From contig JWZX01003109.1 of the NCBI GenBank assembly GCA_001275005.1, positions 1-41,453 of the forward strand: DNA of 41,453 bases. Reading direction: 5' to 3'. Shown in pieces: positions 24,122 to 34,498 of the stretch. Position 1 is the first letter of the stretch; each line of letters begins with the position of its first letter. The DNA comes from Chrysochromulina tobinii. Its lineage: Eukaryota. A model generated the notes under the pieces. That model saw only the letters and a program-made list of their open reading frames with translations, was not told the DNA's origin and ran no database searches. The position numbers and the translations under genes were made by a program.

Positions 24122-26102
24122 CAATGGGGGCGCGTCGCCTGCTATCAATGGCAGCAGCAACACCTCCGTGCGGCGCAGCGGTGGTGGCGGCGCCGGCGGT
24201 GGCGGTGGCGCCGGCGGCGGCGGCGGTGCAGCGGCGGCAGCAGCTGCGGACGGAGGCAATGAGGGCAAGGAGAGGAGACGAAGCGCCGTACCGAGCACGT
24301 TCGAGCCGAAGGAGACGTCCAAATTAGGAAACAGCGATGCCAAGGGGAAAGGCCCCAAGGGCGGCGGCAAGGGGGATGGCAAGAGCGGTGGCGGCGACGG
24401 CGGCGGTGAGGGTGGCGAGGGTGGCGAGGGCGAGGGCAAGGGAGCTGACGCGCCCGAGTACAGCGTCGAATGCATCGCCGCGGAGCGTATGTTCCGCAAC
24501 AAGCTGCAATATTCGGTCAAGTGGCTCGGGTGCGAGGGCCACTGAGGACTCGATGCTTGCATCTGATCGCAAAGATCACTTTTGATGGCCTCCCTCATTG
24601 CCTGCCTGAGTGCCTGCCTGAGGGCCTGCCTAGGGCCGGCCCGATTGCGCCCGTCATCGGCCCGATTGCGCCTGTCATCAGCCCACTGCCTGAGGGCCTG
24701 CCCGATTGCGCCCGTCATCAGGTACGAGGAGTGGACGTGGGAGCCGGCGGCATTGCTCAAGGACACGGCGGCGCTCGCTGCTTGGGAGGAGCAGAAGCGC
24801 ACGCGCGCCACCCAGAAAGGAAATGCCAAGCGCGCGGCCAATGCGGCCGTAAAGAGCGATGCGGTGCTCGGGACGGCGCTGGTCGCTCTGCAGCCACGGG
24901 CGGAGGACGATCGCGCCCTCAAGAAGGCCTGCGACTGCATGCTGATCGATTGGATGCGCTATGCGGCGGCCAGCGCGGCGTCGCCCGAGACGGCGCCCGA
25001 GGTTCGTCAGGTGCTCGAGCAGCGGCTAGAGCGCCTTTGGCCGCCCGCGCTGCACACGATCTCAGAGACGTCGCTCCGGGTGATGGCGGGGCTCGAGGAG
25101 GCAGTCTCCCATAAGAAGAAGCACAAGCCCGAGCCGCCACAAGGTGCCAAAGCCAGCACCGCGACCAGCAGCGGTGCAACTAGCGCCTCCGCCGCCGCCG
25201 CCGCCGCCGCCGCCTCCGCCTCTGGCGCCACAAAGGAGCGACCGGTGACGCGCTCGACCGAGTACGTGACCGCTCTCGGGTACCACCCGCGCCCTAAGGG
25301 CTTCCCGCCACGGAACGACTCGGACGAGTCGCTCAAATGGAGCTACAAGCGCGGCGTGTGGGTGAACGTCGAGGTGGGCTCTTGAGTGCGCACTTGAGTG
25401 TGAGTGTGAATGTGAATGTGAAGGTGGGCTTCCCCGAGTGCTCACTTGAGTGCCTCTCTGATGAGCCTCCGATTGCATCTCTGAGTGCATGCGGCGGAAT
25501 GCGTCCCCCAATAGGTGGGCACTCGGTGGAAGGGGGTGCTCGCGGACCGCGAGGAGCCTGCGCGCCTCGAGGCCGAGAACGACGCAATGGACGCGGAGAT
25601 TCGGGAGCTCGAGCAGGCGGAGCGGGAGGCGGAGCGTCTCGTGCGCGAGGCGGAGAGGGAGGAGGCGGAGAAGGCGGAGAGGGAGGAGGCGGAGAGGGCG
25701 TCGATCAAGGGGAGCACGGCCGAGATGGAGGCCGAGGAGGGCACCACCGGAGGAGAAGGCGGAGCCCATACGAAGATGGACGTGGAGGAGGACGAGGACA
25801 ATGGAACGACGCCCGTCGCGACGGCAATGGTGGTCGAGATTGTGGTCGCCGCCGCTGCGACCAGTGACGCCCCGACGAGTGGCGGGTCGGGGGACGCGGC
25901 GGGCGTGCTCGTGCTGGCCTCCGCCGTGCTTCCCCCGCGGTCGGCGGCGCTCGAGGCTATCGATCGGGCACTGCCAAAGCTTGCCTCGCGCCTCAAGCTA
26001 CCGGTGGCCGATCTCGAGTGGTACGAAGGCTTTGTGGCCAAGGGGGCGCCCGAGGCGCTCGCGCGGCTGCTTACCTTAGACGGTTGTGCACAAGCGTCAT
26101 AA
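14704..26102 (+). CDS. CHD-type SNF2 chromatin remodeller with AP2-like, Tudor/Agenet and chromodomains; 11 introns (15804-15938, 16165-16244, 16371-16551, 16733-16858, 17762-17969, 21022-21181, 21454-21557, 22074-22221, 22339-22493, 24530-24721, 25374-25514) and 4 apparent frameshifts
   Basis: [81 protein letters not shown] and [44 protein letters not shown]. Chromodomains [26 protein letters not shown] and [15 protein letters not shown]. All introns are GT-AG and restore the frame. Confidence 0.85.
16341..16443 (+). repeat. 37-nt exact direct repeat of exon end plus donor flanking a (GTGAAT)n tract
   Basis: 16341-16377 equals 16407-16443; the spacer 16378-16406 is GTGAAT repeats. Confidence 0.95.
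16734..16792 (-). repeat. (ATTCAC)5 tract flanked by 13-nt direct repeats
   Basis: TGGGCGGTGCCTC (16734-16746) and TGGGCGGTACCTC (16780-16792) flank ATTCAC x5 (16747-16776). Confidence 0.9.
25372..25452 (+). repeat. Degenerate (GTGAAT)n tract flanked by imperfect ~30-nt direct repeats including the donor site
   Basis: AGGTGGGCTCTTGAGTGCGCACTTGAGTG (25372-25400) versus AGGTGGGCTTCCCCGAGTGCTCACTTGAGTG (25422-25452). Confidence 0.8.
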
Positions 26103-26434
26103 CGAGTGAGCTGTGGGCCACAGGGGCAGGAACTGGCGCCGACGCCACACGCCCGGGTGTACTAGCGCTCTCTTAGCGCTCTCTCAAGGGATTATACGAT
26201 AGGGGGGGCTGACACGGCTTGACGCTGCCAAAAGTTGCGTGAAGTCCTCCTACAAGAAAGTGTGAATGTGATTCTGTGTGTTGCACGGTCGACAAGAGAA
26301 GGGGGGAATCCACGAAATCCCTTTCTCACGAACTTCCATACGAGTCGCCGCACAACTAGGTCGACTAGCGGGGCCTTGTTAACTCCCTTGTCCCCACTTT
26401 TCTAGTGCCACTTATCTCGCACACTTCTGTCTTC

Positions 26435-27142
26435 TCAGCTCCCCATCTCAGCAATCATCTCGATTGCGGCATGGTGACCCACCAGGTGGCGGAACGGACT
26501 CTCCGCGCCCAGCCGTGTGTGCGTGCCCATCGCGAGCGCCAGCAGCCGCGGACGCCACCAGCTCAGCACCAACGCCGCCGCCGAGCCCTCGGCGGCCTCG
26601 CCCTTGGCTTGCAGCTCGCGCGCGAGCGAGAGCGGCGTGGGGTCGCCGGGTGCGGTGGCGGCGAGGATGGAGGCGCCCTTGCGGAGGAGGGCGTGAGCGC
26701 GGGCGGCGGGGATGATGGTGAGGTGGTGGAGCGGTGTGGTCCACTTGCGGGTCGAGGTGACGAGCCAGGCGGTGAGGGCGGTGTGACCAGTGCGCGTTGC
26801 CAGCTCCTCCGCCGTGCACTTGGTTCTGTCTCGATTGGTGAAGGTGCGCGCGGCGCCGTATGATGAGAGGAGCTGAACCATGTCAAGGTTGCCGCCGATG
26901 CAGGCGGCGCTCATCGGCGCGAAGCCCCAACTGTTGGCCTGGTTCACATCGGCACCGTCCTCGAGTAGCACAGAGGCGGTCTCGAGGTGGTTGTAGATGC
27001 TGACCAACATCAGGGCCGACTTCCCGTACTTATCAATCTGATCGATGCCTGCGCCCTCGGCGAGCAGGCGGCGCACTTTGGCTGTGTCGCCACGCCTGGC
27101 CGCATCGAGCAGCGGAGCCTCCAGTATTTCTAATTCCTCCAT
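26435..27142 (-). CDS. Ankyrin repeat protein
   Basis: LLDAARRGDTAKVRRLLAEGAGIDQIDKYGKSALM, GADVNQANSWGFAPMSAACIGGNLDMVQLL, WTTPLHHL, GDPTPLSLA. Confidence 0.88.
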   Translation of the reverse strand: MEELEILEAPLLDAARRGDTAKVRRLLAEGAGIDQIDKYGKSALMLVSIYNHLETASVLLEDGADVNQANSWGFAPMSAACIGGNLDMVQLLSSYGAARTFTNRDRTKCTAEELATRTGHTALTAWLVTSTRKWTTPLHHLTIIPAARAHALLRKGASILAATAPGDPTPLSLARELQAKGEAAEGSAAALVLSWWRPRLLALAMGTHTRLGAESPFRHLVGHHAAIEMIAEMGS

Positions 27143-27157
27143 TCACGAAGGATGCCT

Positions 27158-27641
27158 AATATGGTGTGTGCAGAAGCGCGCATCCGTTGCGGGGACACAT
27201 AACTAACACATAACACCCCCAGAACTGATACGCATCGATATTTCGGAATTCGAAAGCGCCGACCGGAGACCGTCGGCACATTCTCGGAACATCCGGCAGA
27301 GACCGCGGCGATACTTCACTCGCCGAATACAATTGCCATACAATTGTAGTAGAGCAAGATCAGCCCGCTAGCCCGCGCGCGCGTCCGCGCGCGGGCGGCA
27401 GACGAACCGCATAACAGGGTGCCTATAAGGCTTTCCCCTGGGTACTTGTATCCCCTTCCACCCAAACGGCGGTGAGACCCCCCTTGTGGGTTCTCCCGCA
27501 TCCCCCCTGTCCGGTTCCATGATGGATACCGTCCTGGTGTAATCTCCAAATCTGTAATCTGGCCCTTCACGTTGGGTTCACAGCCGTTTAACTTTGGGCG
27601 TCACACGGCAATATGGTGTGTGCAGAAGCGCGCATCCGTTG
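27158..27641. repeat. 32-nt exact direct repeat bracketing a 420-nt intergenic segment
   Basis: AATATGGTGTGTGCAGAAGCGCGCATCCGTTG at 27158-27189 and 27610-27641. Confidence 0.92.
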
Positions 27642-27970
27642 GGCCGTGCCTAATATGGGACAAAGGCTAGAGAAACGAAATTGGTAATCAGGTCTTTATT
27701 CAGGTTGCGGCACCACCTACATGTACATGTATTAAAGGGATGAATATTTTGGGAGGACGACAATTTATCCGGCGGAGTCGCGCCCCGCCCCCAGACCCCA
27801 ATTAGTTAACCGATACGGCGGAAACATATAAAGCACGGGGTCAGCGTGCGCCCCGCGATTTTGACGAATCCATGTGTAATTACCGGAATGCGTCAGAGCT
27901 TACAACTTGTTCGCGGGCGCTCCGACACAAACACCGCGTCTTTCAAGGCTCCTCTGTGCGCATATCCAAC

Positions 27971-30900
27971 ATGGCGACCATCCAGGATCTCCGTTTCCGA
28001 CCACCCGCCATTCCATTGCTACTGGGCGATCCGTACCTCCAAACCTGGATCTTTGGCGACAACGTGACAGAGCCGATCCGGCACTGGACGGGCATCGCAA
28101 AAGACACCCTTGGACTCGTGCGGGTGGATGGACGCACGTACCGCTTCCTCGGCTCGTGCCACACTGCGCCGGCGACCCAGCCTGGCCCCGTGGTGAATCT
28201 CACCAATAGCAATCTGGCTCCGTCTGGTTGCGACATTGATCACACGGACGACGCCGGAGATGCGGAGTGCAACCTGCGCTGCTACTCCGATCCAGATTGC
28301 GTGGCCTACGTGCGAGGCGGCGACCCGCCTCGGTGCTTCCTCAAAAGCTGCGCCTATCCGATCGAGGAGGACACGGAGCTGAACTCGAGCGTGCTCACTG
28401 GCATGCATCCGCCGTGCGACATCGACGTGTCTGCACTCACGCAGCGTTCTGTCCTCGTTCTCCCCACTCGCACCGTCGTCCACCTCGAGCTCCCAGGTGT
28501 GCTCTCGCTCAATCTGACGTTTCGTCAAACGGCCTTCCCTGATGACCTGATACGCTTGAGCCGCCCCGTGTACTACATCGAGCACCACACTGCGTCGCTC
28601 GACGGCATGCCGCACCGCGTGCAGCTCTACTTCGACGCGAGTGCCGCTCACACCGTCAACAGCTGCTGGGACACGTCGGTGCGTCGACTGCAACCGGATT
28701 GCATCGGATGGCCTCGGGGCTGGCTGGGGTGTAGCCATTGATGTCACTGCTTGTCACTGATTGCGTCGGATGGCCTCGGGGCTGGCTGGCAGGGGTCTCT
28801 GACGGCCTCCCTCATGTCAATTGATGTCACTGATTGTCACTGATGGCCGTTGATGGCCTCCCTCATCAGGTGCGCTGGTCCGAGTGGTCTCGCCTTCTGA
28901 GTGCCTCTGATGAGCCGTTGATGGCCTCCCTCATCAGGTGCGCTGGTCCGATTGGTCTCGCCAGGGGGTGCGTGGCATCCAAATGGGCTCCGACTCGCAG
29001 CCGGTCCTCGGTGCCGCCGCGACGGACCGGTCGAACATTGATTGGGGCTTCCTGCATCTCGCGGTGCAGCTGCCGCCACAACAGGCAAAGCACTCCGCCA
29101 CCGCCGCCGCCGCACCCGCACCCGTGGACCTTCGTGCTGGCTCTGCGGCGCGGAGCCGATCGGCCTTCATCGCGTCGGGAGTTTTGCCGAATGTAACTGA
29201 CGGACGGCAGCCGCGGCGCTGTTCAGACGATTTACCGACCCTGTCAGCTGCTGTCGACCTCGGAGCCGTCGATAGCGCGGGCGCTTCGCACTTGGTGCTG
29301 ATGGCGTATGATGATGTGCGCTCGGTCGAATACTTTGGAGCACGGGTGTGACGAAACCCATCGATGGCCACGGATTGCTGTGGATGGCAACTGATTACTG
29401 TGGATGGTCACTGATTACATTGGAATCGCTGTGGATGGCCACTGATTACTGTGGATGGCCACTGACGACTGCCATGATCGGCTGAGATCACGTGTGGTGA
29501 GCGCAGTACGCGGCCTTGTGGACGCATACGTACCCTGACGTGCAGGAGGCGATAGGGGCCGCAGCGGCCGAAATCGACGCGATGCGTACCCGCGGCGACG
29601 CGCTCGATGAGCAGCTCATCAGCGAATGGAGCCGTGCAGGCGGCGTGAAGTATGCGGCGGTGCTCGCGCTTGCATGGCGCCAGGTGCTCGCTGCGCTCAA
29701 GACCGTCTGGGCGACCGACCGGAACGCGAGCTGGACGTTCCTCAAGGAGATCTCGACCAACGGAGATATGAGCACCGTCGATGTGATCTTTCCCTCGACG
29801 CCGATGCTGCTGCACGCGGCACCTGAGCTGCTTCGTCAACTGCTCCTGCCCGTGCTCGCATACGCCCATAACGAGACGTACGTTCAATTCTCAGACCCGT
29901 ACTCGCCTCATCAGCTGGGGACGTACCCGATTGCAAATGCGCCCACGAAGGAGCAGGTGTGATTGCGTCTGATGGCCTCCCTCATCATGAGCCAATGCCT
30001 ATCGAGCAGCATGCTGCTGATGCTGATTGCGTCTGATGGCCTCCCTCATCAGGAGCCAATGCCTCTCGAGAACTCAAGCAACATGCTCCTGATGCTCCTC
30101 GCGCTGGTACAGCGCTCTGGCGCCGTCTTGGCGCGCCAATGGCTCGCCCCCTACCTGCCGTTGCTGACCACGTGGACGGAGGTGCTGATAGGTACGGCGC
30201 TGAGCCCCACACCAAACTGCTGAGCCTTCACACCGAACCGCTGAGCCTTCACACCGAACCGCTGAGCCTTGATCGCCTGAGTGCGACTGATGGCGTCTTA
30301 GGTCATCACTGAGTGCACCCGATTGCGTCACTGAGTGCACCCGAATGCGTCGGATTGCCACCTTCATCAGAGACGACGCTCTTTCCAGCGGAGCAATTAA
30401 GCACCGACGACTTTGCCGGCCCGATTGCGAACAACACCAACTTAGGGCTCAAGGGCATCCTAGCCATCCGTGCCTTTGCGGAGCTGTGCACCATCATGCA
30501 GCTCGATGATGAGTCTCGTCAATTTAATGGCGGCCGCGCCCCTCCTCAGCATGGCGGCCGCGCCCCTCCTCAGCATGGCGGTCGCGCCCAGGACGGCGCA
30601 CGTACCGGCCGCCCGTGCGCGGAGTATGCTTCGATTGCGGCGGACTATGCTTCCACGTGGCAGCTGTATGCCTTCAACGCGACTGGGCAGCCGCCACACT
30701 ACTCGATGAGCTTCAACGTGGACGAGTACCAGGACTCTTGGTCCCTCAAGTACAACCTGCTCTGGCAACGGCTGCTACGGCTCGATGGTCCATTTGATTA
30801 CGATGCGATTGCGGCGCTCGAGACGGCGTACTACCTCGAGCAAGCGAATGAGTTTGGGACGCCACTCGACCCTCGCCATCAGTACACGAAGGCGGACTGG

Positions 30901-31234
30901 CTGTCCTGGGTGGCTGCAATGTCCCCGGATGAAGGTGCGAACTCAGCCTCTCTCCGAGATCTCTCCGATTCGAACTCTCTCCGAGATCTCTCCGAGATCC
31001 GATCCTGTACCCTCGAGATCTCTTCGGACGACGCTTACTGCTCTTGGCGTGTGCTCGGCATTTGCAGCTCGTTGGCATGCTCTCTTCAGCCCGATCTTCG
31101 AGGTGCTCAACACAACGTCGAGCCGTGCGCCGTTCACCGACTTGTACGACACGATCTCCGGCGAGCTGGCCATCAACGGCGCCTTCATTGCACGCCCCGT
31201 GGTCGGCGCCCTCTTTGCCAAGCTACTGCTCTGA
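27971..31234 (+). CDS. Glutaminase A (GtaA / DUF5127-DUF4965-DUF1793 type) with inserted PAN/apple-like domain; introns 28679-28937, 29346-29506, 29957-30052, 30192-30370, 30935-31067
   Basis: RPPAIPLLLGDPY, GLVRVDGRTYRFLG, FLKEISTNGDMSTVDVIFP, PYSPHQLGTYP, EPMPLENSSNML, QLSTDDFAGPIANNTNLGLKGILAI, SWSLKYNLLW, YTKADWLSW, PFTDLYDT and FIARPVVGALFA. Five GT-AG introns restore the frame. An upstream in-frame ATG at 27872 is possible. Confidence 0.88.
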
Positions 31235-31398
31235 AAAGGGTCGGATCTGCCTTCCCCCCGCAACCTGTTATACTGACGAAACTCTGTCCTCCCCTATATT
31301 TATTTTCTTTCCCAAAACTAAACATGTGTCACAGCAAGTTTCCAAAGCTGGCAACCACAAAAAGGGCGACCAGGACAAAGACCTACGCTGCTGCTGAG

Positions 31399-31854
31399 AT
31401 GCGGCTGCCGGAGTTCCTCCTTCCCGATGAGATGATGTCGGGCGCCTTCATCGGCGATGAGATGACGGTGGGCGATTTTGTCTTTAACTGGCTCCCACTT
31501 CTTCTCGTAAACATCTTGCCGATTCTTTGCATCCCCTTCTATGCCCTCGGCGTCTGCCTCGGTTGCGGGCCCGATCCGAACGAGGGCAAGCTCAAGTTTG
31601 GCATGCGCCATGCTTTGAAGGGCCTCATGATCGCCGTGCGCGCTGACGTGCGGATGGGGCGCGAGTCCAAGCACACCTCGATGCTCAAGAAGGCGGGATT
31701 CAAGAAGGGCGGTCCAAGTTGGATGCACCCCACCTCTTCCGCCTTGGAGTATGGGACGGCAGGGGCCAATGCCCGTGGCGGGAAGGCCAAGGACCAGACA
31801 AAGGCCAAGGCCGAGGAGAAGGCCATCAAGTCGGGCACCGCGCGCTTCTACTGA
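31399..31854 (+). CDS. Hypothetical small membrane protein
   Basis: ATG at 31399, coding-like GC3, one TM (FVFNWLPLLLVNILPILCIPFYALGVCL) and a Lys-rich tail. Confidence 0.6.
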   Translation: MRLPEFLLPDEMMSGAFIGDEMTVGDFVFNWLPLLLVNILPILCIPFYALGVCLGCGPDPNEGKLKFGMRHALKGLMIAVRADVRMGRESKHTSMLKKAGFKKGGPSWMHPTSSALEYGTAGANARGGKAKDQTKAKAEEKAIKSGTARFY

Positions 31855-32398
31855 TTGCCTTGCGACGCGGATTTGCCGGTTGCGCGGCGCGCGCACCAAG
31901 CAATTGCGCGCATCCGCGCAAGATGAGAGGGGCGGCAAATTGGGGCGGGGCAGCGCAAGGTCGGCGTGCAAGTGCCCTGCCGGAAAGTCTAGCTGAGGAG
32001 GAGATAAGGAGGAGAGCGGACTGTGAGTCGGCAGTACTATGTGGAGTGCCCCGCGTGATTCACGAGTGCAGACTGATCTGTTTTCGATCGCGGTCTGTGG
32101 CGTCCGGTCCGCTCGGGTTCGGTTCCAGGCGGCTGTGTGTTGCTTAACACCGTACACGCTTAGCATGCCTGGGGGAGACCCCCTCGTCACGTGTACGCTG
32201 CCTGTAGGCGATGTTTACTTACTTACTTGCGGGGTTCGGGGCGGCGCGAACCAGCGCAGAACGCCGCCGGCCGCGGGGCGCGGGCCCCCCGTGTGTCGTG
32301 CGCCGCGGTCAATTTGGCAACCAAGCGGGTCACAACCCCCGCACACATTCGACGTGCTCAGTAAAATCTGCCCAGACCCCAATCGCGTGTGGATGTGA

Positions 32399-33325
32399 TC
32401 ACCCGTAGCACCGGACCTTCTCCGCCGACCCCTTGGAAGCATCCTGCCCTCCCTTTTGGAGGTAACGCTGGTGGTAGCCCTCAGCGGGCCAAAACACAGC
32501 GGCGGGTTTGATCTCAGTGACCACACGGCGTGGGCTCACAGTTGCCTGCACGCGCTCGACGCAGCGCCTGGCGGCCGCTTCCTGCCCCGCGCTGTGAGGG
32601 TAGAGGCCGTGGCGATACTGCGTGCCCATATCGTTTCCTACTCGATTGAGGGCCGTCGGGTCTACCGTCGAAAGCAACTTGTCACAGAGCGCCTCGTACG
32701 AGATGCAATCTGGATCGAAGATGAGCTGAAGGCCTTCAGTATGTCCGGTTGTGCCGTCACACACCTGGGCGTAGGTGGGACGCTCCACCGCCCCCTGCGT
32801 GTAGCCGACGCAGGTGGCGATCACGCCAGGGAGCCGTTGAAAGTGCAGCTCCGTGCCCCAAAAGCAGCCGCCAGCAAACGTGGCGACCTCGTACCGACCA
32901 TCCTTGGATCTCGTTGGGATCTCACCGGCTAGAGCCCATTCGCCCGCCTCGCGCGCAAATGAGCCAACTTCAAGGTCGTCCAGACTCGCGTATGAGTACT
33001 TGCCAATGACGCCTGTAGCTTTGATCAGGTTGAAGATGGCATAGCAGACGAAGCCGGCGTTGATGACGACCGAGGTTAATGAGGCGCCATCGCCCGCCAG
33101 CCAAGCTGGGACAGCTGTGGACAGCTGAACTCCTGATTGAACGCAGAGGGCCCCGAGCAGCGCGGTGGTGATGGAAGGCAAGTTTAATTTGGGCGTCTCC
33201 TCCTTCATAACGAGGGACGACGCACGGCGCTGCTGAACGCTGGCGGCGCTAAGTTGATGTGGATTGGCGAATGCTGTCGCGAGCGGAAGCAGTGCCAACA
33301 CAGCCGACGCACGCAAACAGGACAT
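32399..33325 (-). CDS. msrA: Peptide methionine sulfoxide reductase A, probably plastid-targeted
   Basis: ATFAGGCFWGTE, VGYTQG, PTYAQVCDGTTGHTE, GNDMGTQYR, FWPAEGYHQRYLQKGG and terminal CYG. Signal peptide ending ATA-F followed by a transit-like segment. Confidence 0.93.
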   Translation of the reverse strand: MSCLRASAVLALLPLATAFANPHQLSAASVQQRRASSLVMKEETPKLNLPSITTALLGALCVQSGVQLSTAVPAWLAGDGASLTSVVINAGFVCYAIFNLIKATGVIGKYSYASLDDLEVGSFAREAGEWALAGEIPTRSKDGRYEVATFAGGCFWGTELHFQRLPGVIATCVGYTQGAVERPTYAQVCDGTTGHTEGLQLIFDPDCISYEALCDKLLSTVDPTALNRVGNDMGTQYRHGLYPHSAGQEAAARRCVERVQATVSPRRVVTEIKPAAVFWPAEGYHQRYLQKGGQDASKGSAEKVRCYG

Positions 33326-33761
33326 TACGCAACTCGGAAGCCAAGGCAAGCCAAGTCATCTCAAGTCCAGTCCCTTGCACCACTACTGGCCGCCAGAGCA
33401 CATCCGTTAGGATTCCATTCGGTTGTCTGTTGTTTTAATGATAGAATTGACTTGATTTGTAAAGACTTGACTTAACTTGTGTGTTCGCAAACACTGCAAG
33501 GGGTGGGAGCAACTACAAGGGGCTACTGTGATGGGCGTTCAGGATTTCGAAAATTGCGACAGACCTCGCTGATCAGATTTCTTCCCTGCGGACTTGTCGT
33601 CTTTCGGCTTCGCGCACCTCGCTCTCCCTTCGCTACTCTTCCGTCCACACCCCCTGAGGTGCTTCCACGTGCAAAGATCTAGCGAGCCGTGTTGGCGCTT
33701 TTCCACAAGCACGTGCTTCATATCTGGTTCATCACCGTCGCTCGACTCTCGCCCACGCAGC

Positions 33762-34463
33762 ATGCTGCTCCTCACCATTGCTTCGCTCTCGTTGCCACGC
33801 GCCGCACAGCTCAGGATGCACGCAGGGGACTGGGTGAGCGCACGCACAGGAACGCTTCCGTTGCTCCACATGCCGATGGACAAGTGCGGCTTGCTGCTCC
33901 CGGGCGAGTCACGCAGGATGGTCGTCGAGAGTGCTGAGGAGCTCGCAGCGCTCGAGGCAGCTCAGTTTGGGTGCATTGGTGCGCTCATCACGTCGCCCTA
34001 CAAGAACGTGCTCTCCATCTCGACGCTCCTCGAAGTGCGCGAGATCCGCCGGCGCAAGATCGGTGCGCAGATTGACGTACTCGCCGTGGGACGTGTCCAC
34101 ATTGAGCGCGTCGAGAGCAAAGGTGGTCGCTACTTCGTGGCGCGTGGCTGCCGACCCGCCGTGGACGAGCGAGCTCAGGACGAGGACGCAGAGTTCGAGG
34201 GTCTTGTGTTGGAGCTGCGCGCCGCCGCCGCGCGACATGAGGCGCTCCGCATCGGTCTCACCAAGGCGGTGGTGAGTACGCAAACACGAGATGAGATCGC
34301 CGCCAGGCTCCCGAAGGGATGGACAGGGACAACACCGCACTTTCCTAATAAGGGCGAGGCGATGGAGGGCGCGCGACCAGAGGACGGCACCACGTTCTCG
34401 CGCCCGCAGCCGTCACAGCAGCAGGATCGGGATCAGCCGAAGCAGCAGCGGGATATGCAGGAA

Positions 34464-34498
<35 letters not shown>

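Noticed and set aside
23985..24250. Long GCG/GGC triplet runs (also near 5785, 5865, 23035 and 36880)
   Set aside because: They encode poly-Ala/Gly low-complexity protein segments and are ordinary coding microsatellites.
30528..30590. 24-nt tandem repeats in coding sequence (also about 2584-2635 in glucosidase I)
   Set aside because: In-frame loop expansions by slippage, with no splice signals or element features.
30313..31854. 513-aa ORF in the supplied track
   Set aside because: Chance read-through joining a glutaminase exon, an intron, an off-frame exon and the next gene.
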